Assembly: GCF_002113885.1 (NCBI RefSeq)
Contig: NW_018480068.1
Coordinates: forward strand, 115,565-179,564
DNA length: 64,000 nucleotides
Direction of reading: 5' to 3'
DNA from: Mizuhopecten yessoensis
Lineage: Eukaryota
The notes under the pieces are model-generated. The model searched no databases. It had not been told where the DNA came from and saw only the letters and a list, made by a program, of their open reading frames with translations. Made by a program: the position numbers and the translations under genes. Shown here one piece after another: positions 11,901-23,097 of the stretch (positions within the stretch are counted from its first letter, which is position 1; each line of letters starts with the position of its first letter).

Positions 11901-14900
11901 ACCAAAGGTTCCACTAGGAACAAGTGTTACCTTTGGTTCCACTAGTAACAAGTGTTACCTTAGATTCACCAGGAACAAGTGTTACCTTTGGTTCTACTAG
12001 TAACAAGTGTTACCTTCGGTTCTACTAGGAATAAAAATCATTAGTAAGTAAGTATCAACAAGCATAACATAAAATCAAACCTGTTCTGCAGAAAATGCTT
12101 TATCCAAGGTCACTGGTGTCGTTACCATGGAAATGTCAAGTGGTGGACAAAGACATGGAAATGCAAACCAGTAGTAATAGACGTATTTTTTCAGGTCCTG
12201 CAAATGAAGAATAATATCTGTACACAGTAATCAACTATCATGTAATTTTAAAGAAAGGCTTTTTCTTTTAAATATTTTTCTGCAAAAAAAAATCCGCCAC
12301 AAAGATGCTGCAATACTCCCATTGTTTATTTTATATCTATTTTTTCTCACTTTGATGCAAATATACTCATATTATATACATATTCTTTAATGAAGAGGAT
12401 TTACATAGTTGATATATATTAAATATATGTACTTACTGCATATGTAAGGAGTAGAAATCGTGACAACAGGGTCGGATCTTCCACGGCCTTCCCACTGACA
12501 ATGTCTTCCCATATCTATAATACAATTCAATATCTAAACAATAACTTTACAGTCCATATTAAATATAAATACAGGGGTGTACAATTTATTTATTTTTAAA
12601 CTAGTATGCAGACAGATTTAATAAATTCTAATAGTCTGAGTGATATTTTCATAAAAGCAAATAGAGAAAATTTTCATCCAAAATCAAATTTACTAGCACT
12701 AGGCATTGGGATAATAGAATTGCACACTTCTGTATTACATTATTATATACCGTACATTGATTGAGAGGTTTGAAGCTAAATCACTTAGCCATCCTGTTAC
12801 AAAAATAACTGACTGAATCTGTGTCCTGAAATCACCTAAATCACTGCATCATCGCAAGCCACCAGTTTTAATCTACTGATGTTCCTACAATCGGGACTGG
12901 ATTAAAACCTGTGGTATTCAACAATGCAATCTCTGATGATCATTAAACACCTCTACGATTGCTAGGGCTGCAACGATAAATCCTTTCATATCGCAATATT
13001 TTCTTGTGTATCGTATCAAATTGTTTTGTTTGTGTGTATCACGATACACTAACTACTCAAATTATCAATCAGTTTTTATCAAACTCTAAAAAAGTGTACG
13101 CATATTTTTTTAATCCTTCTGTAAAGATGTGGTCCACTATGTGCAGTCATACCCAAAACTTCTAGAAATTATACAAAAATACATTTCGATAGTATTTATT
13201 ATTGAAGTCTATGACAAAACTCAATATAGTCCTGTACTCAATCAGTAGGAAGTTGACCTTTTAAGCAGTCAGATATGTCATACCGTGATACGTATCATAT
13301 CGTAAGCATCACATGTACACAGCGATACACATCGAATCGTGAGGTATGCGTATTGTTGCAGCCCTAGAAAATCAGTGTACCTGTTTGCCTGATTGCTCCA
13401 GGAGACTTTTTTTGTCACATTCTTTGAAACTGTCAATTGTATTTGTATTGTGCAGTGTTCCTACAGTCTTGAAACATCTGGTTGGGGTTTTGGAAATTCT
13501 GAAAATATCAATACATTTATTGGTATACACACAGTGTATACCCAAAATACACACTATCAGCCATGAAAATTAGAAATTGGGTAAATTGTAGTTTACATAT
13601 AGGCTTGATCAGATCTTGAAAATGAGTAAAAAAGCATTTCGTTGTCAAAACAATGCTCTTATAATACCTATAATTCACTCATGAATACATAATCCTTTAT
13701 ACAATAAACAATACAAAATCACAGTAGATTACATGTCACTATACAATGCTATTTACTATTGTGCCTAATTCAGAAACATGATTATTTGTAGTATTTTAAC
13801 TTACGTTTATGTTCTTTTACATCCAGTTAGCTAATTTGCTTATGTCAGAGACAAAATTAACATACATCTTTTTTTTGAGATGGAGACGAAATCAGGGAGG
13901 GCCAAAATTGCAGGCACCCACCCTGTTCCCAGTAGGGAGGGGGCTTATTTGCAAGAGGGGGCTTATTTGCGGTCAAATACGGTATGATATTCAGATGTAT
14001 TTGCATTATAGGTATATTTGCTTGACATTTTGGAAATAATGCATTGCTATACCAGGTATGTTTAATATTTTTTAAATGCAATTAAGCTCAACAATGAGTT
14101 AGAAATCAAAATGCATGATACATTATTATATAAAACATACATGTAGGTACTTTATGGTAAATTGAATTTGAATATAATAATAACAATTTGAGGTTCTTAT
14201 ATACTGCTTTATCACAACCAAGTTCGTAGGTCATCTCAAAGCGGTTCACAAATTATTATCCGCAGTTATAGGGCCTTTGCAACCAGCCAATATCTTTCTC
14301 AACTCCCTGGGGAGCATACAGCCGGTGCTGCCATTTTGGCACTCACAGCTAGTATTCTACAATTCTAGCACTGCCCAACCACGTACTCATTTACAGCTGA
14401 GTAGACTGGAACAAGCGGAGTAAAGTATCTTGCTCAAAGATACAACACAGTGCCTTGCCGCGACTCGAACCCACAACCCTTCGGTCACGAGCTCGGCGTA
14501 AAAAGACTTTTTCGCTATTCGTAGTTTCTGTTATAGTAACTTACTCGTCAAAGGCAGTATACTCCACATTCATACGGCATGGTACACCAACAGGATCACC
14601 TGTAGCAATTATAGGTCATTAAGTGATGTTATGGACAGCTTCTATTTTCAAAAACTTCTTCATAGTAATTAATAAACCCAAGTAGCTGAAGGAGATTCAA
14701 AATTAATTGACTATGGACAAACAAACAATAGTTGCATGCGTTTCCCTTTTTCCTTACCTATTTTCTACCCAAATAGCAAACCTGAAAGGATTACGGTCGC
14801 CTTCTAGCTTTGAGCTGGAGGGAATTTCCGTTAAGCTCAATGGTAGAGCGTCCGACTAGGAACCTGGAGATTGAGGGTTCAATCCCCGGTGGAAGCACAC

Positions 14901-15502
14901 TATTCTCTTTCCTGTTACATAACTAATAAGAAGAACATCTACCCCAATATTTTAAGGGAAGTGCAGGTACAGGTATTTTTACTTTCAGTTTTTGGTTTGT
15001 TTTCACAGGAATGTTTAAGATAATGTGTTTTACATGCGTTCAAAAGATGTATATAAGCAACATAGTTCTTTTCATAGTAAGATGTCATGACTAAGACACA
15101 CACGTGATCAGATCACATGGCCTAGCTTGTTGACATTGGATTAACTAATTTTGATATTAAAATAAGATACAATGTGCTTAGAGATGGCTATTTAAATGAA
15201 ACACAGGTACATATCGCAAATGAGAAAAAAATACTAATTCACTTATATCTTATTCGCTATAGGTTACATGTGCCGACAGTAACATTTATATTTTATATCA
15301 TTTTATACTAATATCATATAATCATAATCATTATCAGTTAATAGTGACAAGAGGTTGCCTCACCATTGAAATAAAATCCATGTATAGGTTTCGGTGATTC
15401 GTCGAGTCCATAAATATTTAACTTGTTATCTGACAGTTTGTGCCAAAATCCTGCATCGAGAAAACTGCTGAAGGGGGCAAATTGGAGAGCTTTGTTAGCC
15501 AT
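2918..15502 (-). CDS. ATG7: Ubiquitin-like modifier-activating enzyme ATG7 (autophagy E1); 15 coding exons, 3'-partial
   Basis: Exons in transcription order: 15364-15502, 14545-14599, 13381-13498, 12437-12514, 12081-12197, 8039-8179, 7689-7777, 7226-7347, 6018-6108, 5241-5385, 4805-4963, 4390-4441, 3937-4073, 3576-3749, 2918-3033. All are GT-AG and phase-consistent (577 codons + 2 nt). Diagnostic peptides: [115 protein letters not shown], and [16 protein letters not shown] (catalytic Cys). The C-terminal exons lie left of the window. Confidence 0.97.
3140..3517 (-). mobile_element. Helentron-associated non-autonomous element (HINE-like) fragment
   Basis: Shares internal repeats (ttcccctattgggcccc, aaattgagtcccc, caaggatgct) and the caggtgag(c/t)taaaa terminus with the element at 35242-36275. 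Confidence 0.65.
5575..5665. mobile_element. 91-bp TTAA-flanked MITE (piggyBac-like)
   Basis: TIR ttaactcattcacccctgaa...ttcaggggtgaatgagttaa; related copies at 20437 and 25553. Confidence 0.75.
8626..12030. repeat. 27/28-bp minisatellite, about 3.4 kb, in ATG7 intron 5
   Basis: Unit gtgttaccttaggtttcaccaggaacaa, with a homogeneous core at about 10320-10860 and diverged flanks. A non-unit insert (tttcctttgttggccc...) occurs twice, at about 11180 and 11612. Confidence 0.97.
12962..13367. mobile_element. Non-autonomous TIR element (MITE), about 400 bp
   Basis: ctagggctgcaacgata ... tattgttgcagccctag inverted termini, with subterminal cgata/tatcg motifs. Confidence 0.75.
14172..14498 (-). mobile_element. 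tRNA-derived CORE-type SINE with L2-like 3' tail
   Basis: On the minus strand: B box GGTTCGAGTC; CORE-like gttgtatctttgagcaagatactttac...ctcagctgtaaatgagtac; tail tgtgaaccgctttgag...ataaagcagtatataag followed by a short (att)n run. Confidence 0.75.
14826..14895 (+). repeat. tRNA-like (pseudo-tRNA / SINE head) sequence
   Basis: A-box region aagctcaatggtagagc with a perfect D stem (GCTC/GAGC) and B box GGTTCAATCCC. Acceptor, anticodon and T stems are imperfect. Related copies at about 18718, 18981, 49861 and 50160. Confidence 0.7.
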
Positions 15503-15544
15503 CTGTCAAAAGTGAAACCAGTCGCCGAATATAATATACTTCCA

Positions 15545-15611
15545 GTCACGTGATAGCGTACAAAAACTTCCGGGTAACAGCAGTTAATAAAGATAACATT
15601 TGTGATTGGTT
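15545..15611. promoter_or_regulatory. ATG7 proximal promoter motifs: CLEAR/E-box, ETS, CCAAT
   Basis: GTCACGTGAT at 15545-15554, ACTTCCGGGT at 15566-15575, TGATTGGTT at 15603-15611; all within 110 bp of the ATG7 ATG at 15502. Confidence 0.6.
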
Positions 15612-15629
15612 AGAATTTCTCTTGTCTTT

Positions 15630-17249
15630 TCGATACGGTGGTAAATCTTGTACGCCTTTCCCGGTCCCGGACTAAAATCCCGTACCAGGAATAATATGAA
15701 ATAGGCACAGCCCATAAACGAGTGCACATCGTTCAGTAATCTTTGTGATGATAGTGTAGATTTCGGGCGCCTGCGGCGCCCCCAGCTAAGAACTTTTAAA
15801 AAGGTAACAAAACGAACAGAATCCCTCCTTAGGACATAGTCACTGAATATTCTTCCATGATAATGAAATGAATAGTAAGTAGTTTAAAAAAATGTATTTT
15901 ACTTAAGAAAACCTGTCAGATATTCCATGTAGGCCTTTTTTGTTGTTATTAATTTACTATTATTTTAACACCCATGTCAATATATCGCCTGATCTATTTA
16001 GGGCAAAATTTTCACAAGACAAAATGAAAGAAATAGGATCTACTGTGCATAGAAAATATATGTTAACAAGGAAAAGTATTGCAAGGCAACCCATAGACCC
16101 CAGAACCACCGGTTAAGAATTTCTATACAAAAACAGTACACTTATGTCAGGAAGCATATATATAGGTCACAGTGATGTCAAAGTGACCTACTTCACTACA
16201 CCATCCCAAGATATCCTTGTTCACCAAATCTGGTTGCTCCAGGTGAAAAAGCATAGACTATTTTCAAAAGTAAAGGTCAAGTCATACGTCACAGCACGGT
16301 AGGTAGATAGTGGGGAAGTATACATTCTTGATAGTTTGATAGGAAATACGAAACAGATGGGTTTAACCGGAGTGAAGAGTTAGAGGTTGACACCACTTGC
16401 ATGAGACAACATCTTGTGGAATCAGAGACGTATAATACACTATACGTCTCTGGTGGAATGTATTTCCAATTGGATCTTTACTAAATTTTCTAAAAATGAG
16501 TAGGCATACGCAAAAGAAGACTTCTTTATCGTTTGATATTTTATTGATTGCGAAGCAGATGGGTGTCATATCTCCTTTTGAAAAAGAACACAACTATTTC
16601 AATCATAAAACCATTTTTTAGAGTTATAATAAAAATAACCATTTTTACTAATGATGACCAATCATAATGATGATCAGGAATTCTGATTTTGTGAACTATT
16701 ATTAATCTTATATATATATAGATTAAAAAAATTGGGCTCTTATGTAGGTAGAATTGCGTCCTCGTCGCAGAGCCTGGTAACATTCTAATAGAATGGCTAA
16801 GAGTTCTACTTGATAACGACATAGCTTGACAGAGTGATGTCCCCTTAGTACGGGTACGGGAGTAAACAAAACTCCCGCGATCACAACAAAGTCAGAATTG
16901 CATGTGAAATATGTCGTTTATTTCAACGAAACTTACATAGTTATAATTTTCTCTAAATATCTAATTATATAAGAAAAACCGTGATCTTAACGCTTGACTG
17001 CGGCGTGCAAGTTTTACCCCCTTGGAATACACATTATCGTCAATTACTAAATAATTAGATAATAATAAAAAAAATCTAAATTCCACATTTAGAAAATAAT
17101 GTTTGAAATTATTATATGATTCTAAAATATATATAAACTACCAATTAACGAGATATTGAAGTGTCTTTATATACTTGGTACGGGGTTTCAGTCCTGGACC
17201 GGGAACGGCGTACAAGATTGATCTACAAGATTTATCTACCACCTTTCGA
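15630..17249. mobile_element. About 1.6-kb TIR-bounded non-autonomous DNA element between ATG7 and paralogue A
   Basis: Imperfect inverted repeats of about 60 bp: tcgatacggtggtaaatcttgtacgcctttcccggtcccggactaaaatcccgtacca versus tggtacggggtttcagtcctggaccgggaacggcgtacaagatt...ctaccacctttcga. Confidence 0.7.
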
Positions 17250-17552
17250 TACCTTTCTAGCTTCATAAATAAGACAATTTAATCCGAATGACAACAACAC
17301 CCATGCTGTTGCGTCATGACATGAATAGATTATTAGGTTGACCAGTGGTCAGTCACCAGCGGCGGCAGTTAGACGGACTGAATGTTGCTCCATCCAACTT
17401 ACGAAGACACTACCATAGCAAATTTCTAGAACTTGGTTCACTTCATATTTTTGTGTCGCGCAATAGATATACACTCCGCGGGCTTTTCAAACGGAAAACT
17501 TTGTGTACTATAGAAGAAATTTTGACAGATCAGCTGTCCCATAAACCGCACC

Positions 17553-20500
17553 ATGCATCAAGTTAGTTTCGTTTTGGTGTTCTTTAACACGCTCTTGTTT
17601 TGCACGTGTGGACCAGGATTTGCTGACGTTGACAGAAGTAAATATGAGGATGGAAAATCCCGTTTTGAAGTCATTGATAGTCAGGCAAGGTTACCCAAAT
17701 ATGGGCAGTGTTGGCAGAGTGCTATAGCGGTCATTCAGAAAGGCTGCAAACAGCTGACACATATTGTACAAAACCGATTAGCTTTGGCCTATTTAAACTG
17801 TTTTCTTGAGGATCAAGGCCGCTTGACCTATCCATGCGACGTGGAAGAATCAATCTCATCCTGTACAAAACATATGTCTGATGTTGACCGAGGATCTTTT
17901 ACAACGTTTTTTACATACACCCAAAACATTTGTTATTTTCTAGAATCACAGATTTGGCATCAAGAAACAGAACAAACCATAACACGATTAGCTCACAGTT
18001 CTGAAAATGTGGCTGACCGTCTTGAGGAAAGTAGCAAATTACAAGAAGCTATGATTGGACAACAAAATTTAACTCTACAAAATCAGGAAATCATTCTAGA
18101 TAAAGCTGCAAATTTAAGTGACATAATATCAACATCATCGGATAACATGCATGAACTGTATACAGAATTTAAAAAATCTACAATTGAACAAAAGCTGTTA
18201 ATAAATGACATGTTTGATAAAGTCACCAAGCTTCAAACTATGGTGCTTGGAGAATTTTCAGGATTTTATTCCATGATATACTATACAGTTTCTGTGATAA
18301 TGTCCTACCTATTGACCTCATCACAAAGGACGGCAAGTGCTCGATTCTGGCTGTTTGGTATTTTAACCATTGGAATAATTGCTGAGAGGGCCATGGTTTC
18401 CATCCTCAATGGTGCATCATCATTTCACGTCGACATACCCATGGAGACGGATCTTGAAGTAAATTATTTTAAAGCTTGTTAAGAAATATCATGCATTTTG
18501 ATGAAATCAATTTTAGCTGATAAGCCTTGGTAAAAAGAAGAGATCCTTGGGTATAAACAGGTTGCTACTATAATGAAAAGAGTATTTGCAAATTGGGAAA
18601 AATTTATGTAACTATACAGTATAGATGGATGGTTAACCTGTTTTTTCATTTTTACCTTGCTGTGGTAAAATACTAGCTATTTCTTACTGACTCTGCTAAG
18701 TAGAATTTAGAATTTCTCTCCAGCTCATTTGGCAAATAGTAAAACTAGTAAACCAGATGTTCCGAGTTCAACTTCGAGTGGAGGCATTGAAAAAATGACC
18801 CCTGTTACATTGGCTCCCATGTAGGGACCAGAGAAATATTGACAACCCAGAATAAATACTTTCACAAGAATCGCTATATGACACTTAGAAAACTTTGAGT
18901 GAGTTTTTTTCCTGGAGGGGGAGACTATGTCGCCCTGGTAAAATACTTACACTTCTTACTGACTCGGGTAGGGATAATTCGTCTTTAGCTTAATTGATAG
19001 AGCATAAGACTAGTGAACTAGAGGGTCTGGGTTTGACTCCAGTTCCCTTTCTAAACATATCCCTGTTTAAATAGGCCAATGTTTAACCCAGATATTGTCT
19101 TAACTGACCCTGTCTACCCCAGATACTGTAAAAACTGCACCCTGTCTTGCCCAGATAACGTATATAAGTAAGCTTCATGCCTAATCCAGGTTCTGCATGA
19201 ATGTGTTATTGGACCATGTCACTAAGACAGATACAGTCTATCTAGTTGCCTCAAAATTAAAGTTCTAGAGCCAATAAAAGGCTGCTTCCTTTAGCACAAA
19301 ATTGCTCGTTTTCCTCAATTAAAGAAAAATTTGGGAATATTAACAATTTCTTATTTTGATAAAAAGCAATTGATGTAGGAACAGACTTGCAAAATCTAGG
19401 TAGAAAAAACACTGAAACAATCTGTACATTCCAATCTTTCCATTTTTTCAGCGCAATATTGCTTTGTATTGCAGTTAACACTTTTTTTTCTGAAAGAAAT
19501 TCAACTTATTAATTAATTGCATATTTTGCCATTCAAAGGTAGGAAAACATCAATACCTTGGTCACTGTATATACATTTGTAGTTACATTTCCGTAGCTAC
19601 AAAGTGAATATTGTCTTTCGCTTTTAACTGCGAGACTATTCACTAATATTAGTTTGTAATTTCCAATGTGTATGTCAACATGCATGATAGCCATTACTAT
19701 GTGAACTTACTGTAAATCTACTGTATTGTAATTGTTAAGTGCCATAGAACTTTTTTGGGGGAATTTTGTTGCCATTCCCGTTGAAATTAGGAGTAAAGTA
19801 GTTATCTCAAATTGTCTTCAAAATGTCCCAATGTAATTTAAACAAAACGGTTTGTTTTCAGTGGATTATACAACATTTAATATCTAGAATAAGACTATAC
19901 CTAAACTGTATATCACGATTACATCTGAATTTCTAAGACAATAATTTATTTATTTGAACAACCAAAAAATTTAGGGGTTAAAAATCAGATTTATTTTATT
20001 AACTCCCGATTTCAGACATCATCTGGTCAGTTCCAAAACCACGGCTCTATTACCAAAATAGTGGATACAAGCCCTGCACAGGGATTTTCCAACCAAACAT
20101 TTGGTCCCCTATTTACCAGTGAGTGGCAAGCTATCGTGATACATGTTATGTTACACCAGTCCTGTGGTAATATATATCAATACAGCCTCTCCGTGTTGTG
20201 ACACTCTAATGCTGTAACCCATGATTTGGTATTTGAAGGAGATGGTGTACACCAACCAGTGGCTTTGCAGAAAGGTATGCGGAGGTTTGGCATTGGTCAT
20301 CCTAGCCATATTTGCATACCGTTATCGTGACATCAACACCATCAACAATGAACTCCTCATGGACATAAAACGACAGAACTCGGAGCTCCGGCAATACCTC
20401 TTAAACACAACACCGACAGGTGAGTATACTGGTACCTTAACCCTTTCACCCCTATATAACTTTGGTAGACTTGGCCATGCATTGATATGGACGTGTCCAT

Positions 20501-23097
20501 TATGGTCTACAGTGGTGAAAGGGTTAAGATCACCGGTGGGGGGAGGAGGAATTCAGTCAATTTGTCTGTGTGAGTCTTATGAAGTCTAAACTGTGTTTCA
20601 TGTACACCAACCTAAGATGACTGTTTGACATCTTTAGTTAAACTCTGGGAACCAAAAGAAAATTTATTAACAAATTACTTGATTAATCATCCAACGCATG
20701 AATTTTAGTATGTACATTTGTACGACTGAACCAGTAAATCACAAAGAGTTTCGAAATTGCATTTTTATTTTATTTTAGCTAACAATGAGGTTTTCAGGAA
20801 AACTAATCGTGTAAGATTGTATAAGTATTAGTCAAAATATGGTATGAACTTATAGGTGATGTCAAAATATGGTATGAACTTATAGATGATGTCAAAATAT
20901 CTTCACTGAAAATCAGAAAGGTATCATGATTATCATATTTTGTATTGTATTAATTTGATAACTTGATAACCCAAATATTAAACAAATGTAGCATTTAATG
21001 ATTGTATTGTATTATTTCTTGTCATTCTAACAGACAGTCACATGTGTCCTGAAATACTAGTACATGTACTGTTGACCAATAGTTATGAAATAAGTGATTT
21101 TTATGCCCCACCGGGAATGTAGTCCTAAAGGGTTGGTATGTTGTATGTGTAATACTCACAGGGTATAGCTTATATTTACTCATCCCATTGTTGGTTTTGG
21201 GAGCTTCAGAAGAAAAGCAGGATAATCACTATGTATTACACATGTGTAATTATGTCTGTTCAGGTACCTTTGGATTAAAAAATCAGGAGTTTTCTAATTC
21301 CCAATCCAGCATGCTGACCTCCTCTTCTCCATTGGCAGTAGCTGCAGATTGTAAGTATGAATCTGGTGGTCATAGCAACAGTAAACTGCTCCAGTATTGT
21401 AATCAGTGGAAGTTATCATTACCTGTAAGTCACTGTGGAGGAATCAGAAATATACTAGTGGATTGGCTGATAGTCGAAAATAATCCTGAATCAAGATACA
21501 CCTAATTAATTCATTAGGAAAGTTTTACAACCTTTTCAAATCTTTTAGAATGATGCAGAATGGCATTTTCTTATGTTGAAATTACTTTAAACAAACATAA
21601 TTCCTAACCTTGATTAAAATAGTTAATTAAGAGGTAATTTACAACTCGGAGACTAGAAAGGGTTTTAGTGTCATTCAAAACAATATGTGTTCAGTATTTA
21701 ATTAAAAATTAGTAACCTCCAACAGAAAGAAGGGATATTATTTATCGAACCTTTTACACCGGAAATATTAAAGTAAATATGTGACAACTGTTGAAATTGT
21801 ATTGTTGATATGGTTATAGAGGCTTAAAGCCTGACTCCATTATAATGAGTTGTAATATATTTCTAATTTTAGCAACAGGATATGAAACTGATTCTGCTGT
21901 TAGTGACTGCAGCTACTTCACGGATACTGAATCTGTAACCACGGGAACAGACCACACCTTCCAGCCAGCACTGACCAACTGGGAGGACTCGGAGAATGAA
22001 ACCTGTTCTTCTGTCACGCCGTCGGATATTTCTCGGATTACTCAACAAGTGACTGATTTTGGAAAACCATGTTCTGACTTGCCCTTAAATATTGATACCT
22101 GGGCCAAAACTGGTTTCTACAGACATTCTACACCAATTGCAAGTAAGTTTTATTTCCCAGTCGAACTGCCAGAAGTTACATACAAATAAAGTTTAGTAAT
22201 AAAACTATGTCTACATCAGGTGTATGTCTAAAAAAAGACCAGGGCTATTTCAGAAGTAAATATTTGGGAAAGAGGCACAATTGTAGCCCCCACTACCCAC
22301 AATTGTGTTTTTCCTATGGCCCACAGTACAACATTTAAGATTTTAGACCATGTGATTAACCATGACAGCACTCAGGTGTGTGATCAGACAAGTCTTATTA
22401 CTTATAACGTCTGTTTCTTGTCATGCCGTGTTAAATTTAATATATAATAAAAAAATAAAAAAATAAAATGAGGGGGGGGGGGGGATAAGGATACAACATT
22501 TTTCTTTTCTATTGTGTATTTTGTATTTTAAATCTTGCACTCAACTTTTTTTTTTTCAGAAAATAATGGTTCCGATCTTGATTCGTCCATAGCAGAATCT
22601 GTCAAACAAAGGCGGAATAGATCACAGACACCAGAGCAAGTAAGTTCTCACACTGCAAGATCTTAGTGTTTTTCTTTCAAAGCATGCAGTACTTTTACTA
22701 ATACATGTACTAGTATTATAGATTTGAGACGTGTGCATATACAAAAGGTTGAAACGTGTAAATTGTTATCAATAAAACTCACAAATGAGACCCCAGAAGG
22801 ATATGTATTGACACGAATGAAATCATACATAAAATATTCTTTGGAATGTTTGAATTTCTTTTCCATTCTTTACAGTGTACCAGCGATACAACGCCAAGAT
22901 ACTGTTTTAGACCGAGAACTAGACGTTTAAACGACAATCCTGTCACAAGATCGGAGTCTCCAAGGACATTTTCACGTGTGGTCAAACAACTGGAACGGAT
23001 TGCAGTGACAAACAGCATGTTGGCCACCACTTACACCATCAAAAGGAAAAGTAATATCTCCGATGTGTCAGATTATGATGGCGGTGAACATCGGTGA
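17553..23097 (+). CDS. GEX1/Brambleberry/Kar5-family nuclear envelope fusion protein, paralogue A (about 581 aa, 6 exons)
   Basis: Exons 17553-18458, 20239-20419, 21264-21350, 21873-22142, 22560-22639, 22876-23097; GT-AG, phase-consistent, 1746 nt including stop. Architecture: signal peptide; six-Cys domain CW-x-GC-x-RLALAYLNCFL-x-GR-x-YPC-x-C-x-TQNICYFL, matching the GEX1/Kar5/Bmb cysteine-rich domain; helical coiled-coil region; three hydrophobic segments (FYSMIYYTVSVIMSYLL, FWLFGILTIGIIA, VCGGLALVILAIFAY); Ser/Thr/acidic tail. Confidence 0.88.
18690..19070 (+). repeat. Degenerate dimeric tRNA-like repeat
   Basis: Two tRNA-like heads (cagctcatttgg...gagttcaact and tagcttaattgatagagc...gggtttgactcc), each followed by ccctgtt(t)a. 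Confidence 0.55.
20437..20527. mobile_element. 91-bp TTAA-flanked MITE (piggyBac-like)
   Basis: ttaaccctttcacc...ggtgaaagggttaa, 18 bp downstream of the paralogue A exon 2 donor. Confidence 0.75.

Noticed and set aside
8626-12030. CRISPR-like array (28-bp repeat with palindromic accttaggt)
   Set aside because: The repeats are head-to-tail with no unique spacers, lie in a eukaryotic intron and have no cas genes nearby.
14826-14895. Functional tRNA-Pro(AGG) gene
   Set aside because: Acceptor, anticodon and T stems have several mismatches, and related degenerate copies with shared flanks indicate a repeat family.
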